Shown one piece after another: positions 27,001 through 30,943 of a DNA stretch of 30,943 nt. Positions within the stretch are counted from its first letter, which is position 1. Each line of letters opens with the position of its first letter. A program made the translations under genes and the position numbers. Source of the stretch: a virus (taxonomy: Duplodnaviria; Caudoviricetes); IMG/VR virus record IMGVR_UViG_3300010413_000119, positions 1-30,943 of that record. The stretch is one strand, 5' to 3'. Under the pieces are notes generated by a model. It made no database searches. It worked only from the letters and a program-made list of their open reading frames with translations, and was not told the DNA's origin.

Positions 27001-28606
27001 GTACATGAAGGGGGACGATGCCACCTATACCCGCAGTATCGCTACCGACATGATCGGGACAGGTCGCCAGAAGCTCTCTGAGGCCTTTGGAGAGGACTTT
27101 GAGCCCAAGCTATGGAGACAGGTGCCTAATACCCCTCGATATGGAGCCCTGCGCGGTCTGTGGGTGCGTAAGGAGATTTACAACGATATGCTATCCACTA
27201 TGGGTGGCAACCCTGCAGAAAGCACCATGGAGCGTCTGCTGGGCCAGGGTGGTATCGCCACCAAGGTTACCCAGTGGTGGAAAATGATGAAGGTGCCTCT
27301 CAACCCACCGTCACAAGTCCGCAACTTCGTCTCCAACGGCGTGCTTATGAACCTCTCTGGCGTCCCCATGAGGCGTATACCGGGATTAATCAAGCATGCC
27401 CTGCATGACATAAGGACCAACGGCAAATACTGGCGTATAGCTAAGAGTGAGGGCGTCACAGAGTCCACCTTCACTGCCAACGAGCTGATCCGCATCGACA
27501 ACGAGCTGCTGAACCTCAAGAAAAGGATGGGGGTTTCCAGGGATGCAATGGACTACCTGCAGCATGTGGGATCGATCATCTCTAACTTCGCCTCAGACAG
27601 CTATCAGTTTTCCGAGGGTCTGTTCAAGACTGCCATGATTATCGATGCCATGGAGAACCAGGGCAAAGGTGCCGGAGAGGCTGCTGAGCTGGCCAGTAAG
27701 TGGCTGTTCGATTACTCCCTGGTAGGGCCGAACATCAAGTACCTGCGTAATGCACCTATCGGTGTACCGTTCATCACCTTTTACGCCAAGGCACTTCCAC
27801 GCATGGTAGAGGCTCTGCTGTTGCATCCACACAGGTTTGCGCCATACATCGCTGTACCCTGGTTGATGGCTGAGGCCATAGCAAAGCACATGGATGTCGG
27901 CGGTGATGATCTCGATAAACTGAAAAAGGCACTCCCGGTATGGCTCCAGGAACGAGGCCACACCATGATTATGCCTTACAAGGACGCAGCCGGTCGCTGG
28001 CAGATATTTGACTATGGCTACTTCATGCCATGGGGTATGTACTGGGATGTACTGAAAGATATTGGTGAAGGCCAACCAGGAGAGGTAATCAAAACCCTGG
28101 GGCTGTTCGGTGGTCCCGTGCCTGAGTTAATTACTGCCATCAAGGGTGGTACTGACTCATTCACTGGTCGCCCAATCTATCGTCCAGAAGACCCACCTAA
28201 GCGGCAGTTTGAAGACATCCTCCTGTACCTTACCAGGATGGCACTACCCACCTGGATAACTGACAGGGGTGCTGTGGCGCACATGTACCGTGCTTTAACT
28301 GGTCACGTTGACCCTCGCACAGGGGAGCCGACAACAACGGCTACACAGGCATCTCTACGCTTCGTGGGTATGAACGTCTACCCGGTTGATCCACAGTACA
28401 CCAGGGCTCGTAACTTGATGTTCATGCAGATCGAGATTAAGGACATCATCACCAGGATGCGCTCTAAGCTGCGCGACCGTAACCTCAACGACAAACAGCG
28501 TGCCGACATCCGGGCTGAATATCAGGAATACCTGAAGCGCAAGATCGATAAGATGCGTGAGTACGCGAAAGAATCAGAGGTACACGAGAACTTGAGAGTA
28601 AAATAA
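18059..28606 (+). CDS. 3515-aa polyvalent virion/ejection protein (GGDEF-like, InPase, acidic, possible SAM-lyase-like, zincin, LPD38-like)
   Basis: Uninterrupted ORF with GAGGT SD. Gly/Ala-rich hydrophobic N-terminus; recognisable domain motifs (see sub-features); no Cys seen; last gene of the late region. Confidence 0.88.
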   Translation: MPTGPISQLRELQKKQDEPSFLKETGKGVASGLVNLASSVGTGIEYLGGKLDDQDLLDLGETVASYWNDVNQEHFQAHESLRGPIYTPEKGLNTDLLSKAAWWGYNVGNIVPSVAASMIPGAAVAKGAKALQIGQKVVRWTPSVVAKMGRLGRALADADKINRGLGAAAGGLVGGALEGSSTYQEVLQRGGSRDEAEAAAEQMTLASGFLNALSVGQMMKKLPKGVIGNLERRTIDGLVEGITEWLEEPSEAYIKMRLADKKGSELKFTPEQAMQQIYNGLNVIPPSIISGMLFGGGEPASVGQVTETRAVPEPTGPLTTAAQGLNRAIPLNEEGAMRRAEALSAQGMQHAVVPHPEVPNKFTVMPVQEVQNASEVRGNEGQVQEGMPAVGEGGEVLRPIRQDQGSENIQLPEETRAGAGNEKFGLTPAEEGDIKIREMDTIKRNAINERAGKLVTDEVGADRKLKEMDSIKASALKERLDKMPSEEKAASLQAFATYLRAPKNGGEHINSKRVDMEISEARRRHLALRESIDNMTPEDRATAISALREMALTSRLTGLRNNDAFVEEQGEDFDAEGSDKFIASIDADGLKAINDNLGHKKGDALLRAIGYAINAELSGDAKGYHLHGDEFTITGNNRDEIEQITQRAAERLKEATITGMTPDGEEIELKGIGFSYGISDTLQEAENELARNKAEREKTGERSPRGELPARVLRKGRPEATNTGQSTKEKSERLTSNRPQFVMEEPTGPSAEDITKEAHRAATSPRSRVRKPTEAQLKAGNYKKGHVTLQQLPLTIENAAGTKRKPDWPNLQNHYGYIKGTLGKDGDQIDAFIGPNPQSTKAFVIDQKTKDGKFDEHKVMLGFNSLKQAKQGYLKSYEEGEGRIKAITPTSVKKVKQWIDAGDTRKEFAKGKKEFMFSTEYIREMNEAEARRNALNVASGDENTAMDVYDNQIDEHNFSSDWDVDDAEYALDTEQLNQAIDDTLGREELKKEYMEKEDVTEEEADKLSNYGLMDALGYTLEDDGDFDLSDIATYNEELGYHYTTQDGYVVLRDDNGDFNVVDWKDGQPAYVTVPEDEVAQWMDTESAKGQYEALFRERYGNDWTIDEYSGDAAYWSNTINGITVNVIESPRGAFGEAFIDPEGDPETTEDESVDSVINELHDMTENAEISGVLKMFPVYDGENAVYVDVEYTKEVNGDDITIDNISNGESGAGYDIGSFGEDEISAVKREIETHFANDNTVFDYEPPDAQSKKAPEYKQINKLVNEVLPAAKRIHDMFAGRVSDGGLTLTDNPELEMQVAAHASGLANPIIAKNAIDAMGSNIIEDQPYMYNIPAFFEPTAKGYGAYSAMTGELLADVPVADENEMVALTSMLRDKYLLSQGESIGSMPKKSSIESESNAEINDRYEARLQEMRDAALGLNEHVESVIESWANALGIQKNKRKEFIEKKKSDYTAKYHRKLAASAEEIRKAISELEYAVHDIEVATGENLTLDIDSPYSPIHALIRDEATNYSWKEEMANNKKLRPEMLTRFNAATQKLRGALSVFPFTDKENEEMTKSLIGYAMRNLHLGEPRQDTADYLRSIAEKYDIASLVPALNIEGVTPEFGVKQSIFAEAIPSENYEPAILDLKPEAQYNFTRDAMSLIYDGGGRNVLMDKLGITGYKTIFSEGAYAGGVHPNIVTEMPLLTNLDRDSANLYATALQYLYRQDSVVVQRLVPDSADHDGLARGFRIRFGSAIDEATEARLLEALAAEVSDGAGFTRIDNDAIVLTNIALYSGLSEDEFESKMVDFLTKNEDSFGITEAGTYWADLNLADEEAHHDWSKDREGTALADKIAASGRSDILPWLDSRRKAYQSIIEAYKNGSAEKGISFALSQELSWTWPESPEEGSKFVVSKGRERITGSFVSIQDTKGRPRLAVKIGMQIGDNTLTIDSMVRGIINNAIESDVKSLAFSQQSLKRSSDLTGTLQTLSAQGLISDAYMTSPPDSDVMLYASDILSRPKSSLQDVWINDEIAQAVQATHETQDAFKAPFHTEKPRTKPTQKYADKVEWLMQYKTHRTADESTGEPIWYDTFPPSEFQKTVLAAAMQDLEKAGMPSFNDSKITNIGVSYINNLNIGGFYATDENSLYLNSVIVDSLALNESPATRRVVEQYLAHEMSHYYDYRGEDTSLSMESPLFDINYNNIFPTGETTARLEGAGDIITEVYEFFRDLADSAGARDYLSYPMVYLGKLHGYGRILDAIDTIVDDTTYFSVRLHAMQVAAQIKKETFAQLSAMYFTHPELVQRYLPRSYIFMQEVSHGINQFAAGDGEGHLRAVFRARDTNSVRDIRRRRLANEGVGSGIAEEGAGKKVRVVPAKEKRNRGESETSDAIRRVTRENKGEFSKRDVTKSFAKAAEEEIKFAVANNGEMLLHTEREEMFDRSDLLVQIAEIAKKVEGDNDIMLEVIRVDLGEDTPLSPHERDAIRAFLSEYRAGMSTYSGTTSIFGDKSFTDDKQAFMFESMEHALKNRMSKASGVNEDEIWKMSRDDYVGDTTGEELKLREDRHYHLVSKKNNEYIKLRIDQAAHKAKVLNILDAYANKTGHLIPYDLFDRLYTNETLYNSAPKWMKEVVDEAREEHSLMINSSNDAGAIENFFTRAEHYRTYRNLKDEANRKIVRGVTPYSGFRTIKQIEDIVDESFDSFLVPSIIPKIKLPRFSMNNDEGGIPNNGDATQVPDEHIARRAIDGYRAAAQSVVDWIDNGLNPLSGLPQLDNFLRGRRQAVGRIAKVNELTRRIYNIFEQATEEEAKSIYEYLTNAEGALADPGRLPNRNVLVHRERGTGRFFRKKEEVDLRQETIAVKRLINHVGRSLVEHGVIPAMSFKHFENKYLPRLYLAHLLGEGGYRKIVGGKKLSTLDYSKKRNLGLDDVTRMVLGEIKDPAYVAAKTVGVPMRDIAILDFLQKISENGEWSVPGVIVNYGGKKVTAYWLIEEGESMLERAQYMKGDDATYTRSIATDMIGTGRQKLSEAFGEDFEPKLWRQVPNTPRYGALRGLWVRKEIYNDMLSTMGGNPAESTMERLLGQGGIATKVTQWWKMMKVPLNPPSQVRNFVSNGVLMNLSGVPMRRIPGLIKHALHDIRTNGKYWRIAKSEGVTESTFTANELIRIDNELLNLKKRMGVSRDAMDYLQHVGSIISNFASDSYQFSEGLFKTAMIIDAMENQGKGAGEAAELASKWLFDYSLVGPNIKYLRNAPIGVPFITFYAKALPRMVEALLLHPHRFAPYIAVPWLMAEAIAKHMDVGGDDLDKLKKALPVWLQERGHTMIMPYKDAAGRWQIFDYGYFMPWGMYWDVLKDIGEGQPGEVIKTLGLFGGPVPELITAIKGGTDSFTGRPIYRPEDPPKRQFEDILLYLTRMALPTWITDRGAVAHMYRALTGHVDPRTGEPTTTATQASLRFVGMNVYPVDPQYTRARNLMFMQIEIKDIITRMRSKLRDRNLNDKQRADIRAEYQEYLKRKIDKMREYAKESEVHENLRVK
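19173..19337 (+). CDS. nested +1-frame gene A, 54 aa (MPAKYEAMRDKFKKECLQSGKGEKYCDRFAKTKAAKIYNSQRKPGQEPVTRNSG)
   Basis: AGGAGG(19161)-tgcaaa-ATG. Protein-like basic helical sequence; the host frame here is a low-complexity E/G/Q linker. Not in the ORF track. Confidence 0.72.
   Translation: MPAKYEAMRDKFKKECLQSGKGEKYCDRFAKTKAAKIYNSQRKPGQEPVTRNSG
19700..20150 (+). other. GGDEF-like (diguanylate cyclase fold) domain within the giant protein
   Basis: ALTSRLTGLRN, IDADGLKAINDNLGHKKGDALL, HGDEF (19937-19951), GFSYGIS...AE.EL...K. Confidence 0.88.
20118..20261 (+). CDS. nested +1-frame gene B, 47 aa (MNSQETKQKGKKPGKGRLVVNSLQEFLEKADPKQPIQVSLPKRSQKD)
   Basis: AGGAGG(20106)-ccgaaa-ATG; overlaps the last helix and linker of the GGDEF domain. 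Confidence 0.58.
   Translation: MNSQETKQKGKKPGKGRLVVNSLQEFLEKADPKQPIQVSLPKRSQKD
20370..20770 (+). other. InPase (inorganic pyrophosphatase-like) domain typical of polyvalent proteins
   Basis: PTEAQ.KAGNYKKGH, IEN..G..R, HYGYI.GT.G.DGD.ID.FIG, FDEHKVMLGF.....A...YL..Y. Confidence 0.85.
23517..23693 (+). CDS. nested +1-frame gene C, 58 aa (MTGAKTEKGQRLQIKSLPADDPIFSRGWTVGG...)
   Basis: AGGAGG(23505)-ctcacc-ATG; compact P.DDPIF..GW.VG motif flanked by basic tails. Confidence 0.65.
   Translation: MTGAKTEKGQRLQIKSLPADDPIFSRGWTVGGRPINQLLKRTKTAVQKRVFPSRSRKS
24280..24945 (+). other. zincin-like metallopeptidase domain within the giant protein
   Basis: GGFY......LYLN, then LAHEMSH (HExxH at 24524-24538) and a downstream third-ligand motif KETFAQ (about 24860). 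Confidence 0.72.
24957..25259 (+). CDS. nested +1-frame gene D, 100 aa (MASINSQLGMAKATYELYFGHAIPTPF...)
   Basis: AGGAGG(24945)-tgtcac-ATG immediately after the zincin domain; the host frame is an R/E/G-rich linker over the same span. Confidence 0.72.
   Translation: MASINSQLGMAKATYELYFGHAIPTPFEISEDDDSLMKELVQALQKKEPVRRFELYRPKKNATEESPKPPMLSDESREKIRENFLSGMSPSPSQRRLKKK
26250..28606 (+). other. conserved helical C-terminal region (LPD38-like) of the giant protein
   Basis: LNP.SQVRNF.SN, AA.LA...LFDYS, PF.TF....LP, and P..EL....DSFTGRPI motifs typical of phage polyvalent-protein C-termini. Confidence 0.55.
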
Positions 28607-28649
28607 AAAAAACCCGCTACAGCTAAATTGGGGGTAGGCTGCAGCGGGT
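28601..28649 (-). terminator. Rho-independent terminator for the leftward genes, at the convergence point
   Basis: Minus strand ACCCGCTGCAGC-14 nt loop-GCTGTAGCGGGT (12-bp stem, one G:U) followed by a T-run. Confidence 0.82.
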
Positions 28650-28674
28650 GATAAGGAAGTGTTAATAGTAGATT

Positions 28675-29016
28675 CTATTTTTGATTCTGTCTAGTGAGTA
28701 TCCTCATCAAACTATCGATGCCGTTCTGAACATCGTAATGTGGATTCTCGCTAAAGTTGATCAGGATATCACTCAACTCAGCACCCACTTCTTGCTCGAT
28801 ATCAGATATCTTCTTCGCACCAACAACAGCGGCAAGGAATTCATTGGTTCGCTCTTCAGGTATCTCGAACACAAATCCAGTCCTGAAGCTCTTACCCTGT
28901 TCGACACTTATCATATCGACCTTGCCTTCACGGAATACCATCAAATCAACGTTATAGGAATTACATGCGCTGACCGTGGCCACTATACCAACATCTATCG
29001 CTACGGTTCCCATCAC
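28675..29016 (-). CDS. hypothetical protein
   Basis: GGAGGT SD at the end of the MT-A70 gene; coupled to its stop; 113 aa. Confidence 0.7.
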   Translation of the reverse strand: MMGTVAIDVGIVATVSACNSYNVDLMVFREGKVDMISVEQGKSFRTGFVFEIPEERTNEFLAAVVGAKKISDIEQEVGAELSDILINFSENPHYDVQNGIDSLMRILTRQNQK

Positions 29017-29627
29017 TACACCTCCAGGTGAATGTCTGATTTAACTTCGTCACCCCACGAGTGCCAGCCTTTGTAACGCTGCCTCGCGAATAACTCGATC
29101 CTTTTCTTCTCCGGGTAAAGTAGTTCAATTCTCCGGCGAGCCTCATCCGGCTTCTTGGAGTGCCTTTCCCTGGGAGCGAAGATGAGGTTACTGATGTCAT
29201 TGCGCACTGGTGTCATACCTGTACCACGCACAGCAAGAAGGCACGGCTCTGGGTTTCCTCTGGTGTATGAGCCCATGCCGAAAGTCGGTTTATGTAGCAA
29301 ATTGTCATCACCGAGTATCAGATTTTCTGTGGTGATATCTTTTGCTTTTGTGGGGTAATACTTAACCCAGAGGAAGCCCCAGGTTTTATACACAAATCCC
29401 CATGCCTTGATAACATCGAGAGCATCTTGATAAGCGGGTGGAGTACCCCAAAGGAACAGGATAGAGTTTTTTTCTGAGATGTCTTTTATCTGATCACCCA
29501 TTCCCATTATTTGTTTCTTGGTTAATGTTTTGTAATGATCATTGGCCTTTCCGTGGCCAGTCTTATTCGTGTACTTTTTGTATTTCCACGGGGCGTCTGC
29601 ATAGATAACATCGTATTTATCAGTCAT
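29016..29627 (-). CDS. MT-A70 family adenine methyltransferase
   Basis: Start at 29627 (MTDKY; overlaps the upstream stop). KYDVIYADAPW, LFLW.T, AWGF.YKT..F.WVK, G.G.YTRGN.E.CL, HS.KP, RIELFAR, GW..WG.E. Confidence 0.9.
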   Translation of the reverse strand: MTDKYDVIYADAPWKYKKYTNKTGHGKANDHYKTLTKKQIMGMGDQIKDISEKNSILFLWGTPPAYQDALDVIKAWGFVYKTWGFLWVKYYPTKAKDITTENLILGDDNLLHKPTFGMGSYTRGNPEPCLLAVRGTGMTPVRNDISNLIFAPRERHSKKPDEARRRIELLYPEKKRIELFARQRYKGWHSWGDEVKSDIHLEV

Positions 29628-29922
29628 CTTCAACTTCCTTCGCAAGCTCACCAGAGCGCTTTATCAGAACATCCCTTATCGCGTTATATTCTGATGCCTT
29701 TTCCGGTGTGAAATTCATGAGTGATGACATCATGTTAAGAGCTACGGTAAGGATGTCATTCTGTTCTTCAGCCAAGCTCCTTAAACCAGCCAGAAGAAGT
29801 GTGTCATACATCTTTACCATGCGGACATTGATCACTGCCAGATCAACAAGCTCAGGGGGGTGCTTCCCCCTCAGCTCTTCAATGCAGCGCTTCATCACAT
29901 TTTGTGCGTCTGCCTTGTTCAT
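29620..29922 (-). CDS. hypothetical protein
   Basis: GGAG SD; packed between neighbours; helical, 100 aa. Confidence 0.7.
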   Translation of the reverse strand: MNKADAQNVMKRCIEELRGKHPPELVDLAVINVRMVKMYDTLLLAGLRSLAEEQNDILTVALNMMSSLMNFTPEKASEYNAIRDVLIKRSGELAKEVEDD

Positions 29923-29925
29923 CGG

Positions 29926-30267
29926 TTACTCCATGGAGTTAATGGCGTCTGCGACCACCTGATTCTTTTTCTCCATGATGAGTTTGCGAAGCTCAACAAA
30001 TTTAGCCACGCGAATCTCATCTCCCTTTTCTTTCAATCCTACCAGCAGCGACATCGTATTCATGATGTCATTCATGAGGATTTCAAACTCATTCATAGCC
30101 ATCTCTGGATTGGTATGAATGCGATGGTTGAAGTCGAGTAATTGCACATTAATGAGTGCCATTGAAACGAGGTTGTTATCCTCCTTCTGTTTCAGGTCAT
30201 CAACGTAGTCAATCATCTCCTTCTGGACTTTCTCCGCAAGGTCACGGTACTTATCTTGCTCGCTCAT
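29926..30267 (-). CDS. hypothetical helical protein
   Basis: GAGGAAGAGGT SD region; 113 aa. Confidence 0.72.
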   Translation of the reverse strand: MSEQDKYRDLAEKVQKEMIDYVDDLKQKEDNNLVSMALINVQLLDFNHRIHTNPEMAMNEFEILMNDIMNTMSLLVGLKEKGDEIRVAKFVELRKLIMEKKNQVVADAINSME

Positions 30268-30329
30268 CTACCTCTTCCTCTATGTTGTTTATAACGTTAA
30301 ATATTTACCTTTATAGTCTCAGGTAAACG

Positions 30330-30935
30330 TCAGAATGGAATGTCATCATCGAAGTCATCGAAGTTATCGCCGCCACCATTGCTGTTGCCACGACCACCTC
30401 CACCCTGGGCGGGACGACCACCTTGATTACCGCCACCACGACCACCCTGGTTGCCACGACCACCACCTTGATTACCACGACCTCCTCCACCGTTACCACG
30501 ATTGCCCTGATTGCCACCACGGTTCCCCTGGTTACCCTGGTTACCCTGGTTCCCCCTGCTACCCTGGTTCCCTCTGTTACCACCATTGTTACCGTTGTCT
30601 CTGCCGCCACCAAGCATCTGAATTACCGAAGCAACAATCTCAGTGGTATAGCGATCCTGACCGTTACTGTCCTGCCATTTACGTGTCTGCAGCTTGCCTT
30701 CGACATAAACTACCGATCCAGTTTGCAGATACTCACCAACAATCTCACCAAGACGACCGAAGGCAATACACCTGTGCCATTCTGTCCGCTCCTGCTTTTC
30801 ACCACTTTGGCGGTCGGTCCACTGTTCGTTAGTGGCCGCACTGAACGATGCCATTGCTCCACCATTATCGTTGTACCTTACCTCCGGGTCTTGTCCGAGG
30901 GTGGCCACAAGAATTACTTTATTGATACCTCTCAT
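30330..30935 (-). CDS. ssb: single-stranded DNA-binding protein
   Basis: [46 protein letters not shown]; Gly-rich linker; DDFDDDIPF tail. Confidence 0.97.
   Translation of the reverse strand: MRGINKVILVATLGQDPEVRYNDNGGAMASFSAATNEQWTDRQSGEKQERTEWHRCIAFGRLGEIVGEYLQTGSVVYVEGKLQTRKWQDSNGQDRYTTEIVASVIQMLGGGRDNGNNGGNRGNQGSRGNQGNQGNQGNRGGNQGNRGNGGGGRGNQGGGRGNQGGRGGGNQGGRPAQGGGGRGNSNGGGDNFDDFDDDIPF
30370..30610 (-). repeat. short tandem repeats encoding the GNQ/GGR linker of SSB
   Basis: CCCTGGTTA tandem copies near 30526-30570 and ACGACCACC units on the plus strand. Confidence 0.75.
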
Positions 30936-30943
30936 TGCCTTTT

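Noticed and set aside
512-28075. Numerous minus-strand ORFs under the late genes
   Set aside because: Antisense shadows of well-supported plus-strand genes, with no recognisable motifs.
18059-28606. N4-like virion RNA polymerase or DarB-like helicase/methylase, suggested by size and lack of Cys
   Set aside because: I could not find T7-type polymerase motifs, SNF2 helicase motifs or an NPPY/F methylase motif.
30335-30832. His-rich 165-aa plus-strand ORF and 30311-30613 minus-strand ORF
   Set aside because: Antisense or alternate-frame shadows of the Gly-rich ssb repeats.
1-30943. CRISPR array, tRNA, integrase, IS element or lysis cassette
   Set aside because: No spaced direct repeats, cloverleafs or matching protein motifs recognised; the few intergenic gaps are very short.

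Overview
Phage genome segment, most likely a short-tailed (podovirus-type) phage of a Gram-negative host; the SSB is proteobacterial-like and there is a GT9 gene. Plus strand 1-28606 is one late region: about nine small accessory ORFs, then portal, scaffold, N4-gp56-like major capsid protein, three small post-capsid genes, a TylF O-methyltransferase and a methyltransferase-GT9 fusion inserted in the head module, adaptor/nozzle/tail genes, and three apparently cysteine-free putative ejection proteins. The last of these is a 3515-aa polyvalent protein with GGDEF-like, InPase, acidic, possible SAM-lyase-like, HExxH zincin and LPD38-like regions. Minus strand 28675-30935 carries ssb, an MT-A70 methyltransferase and hypothetical genes, ending at an intrinsic terminator. 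Main discovery candidate: four small genes overprinted in the +1 frame inside the giant gene. Each has the AGGAGG-N6-ATG start also used by several genuine late genes, and each sits at the end of a domain. They may be nested cognate inhibitors (immunity proteins) for injected effector domains. All family assignments come from motif recognition by eye; no searches were run.
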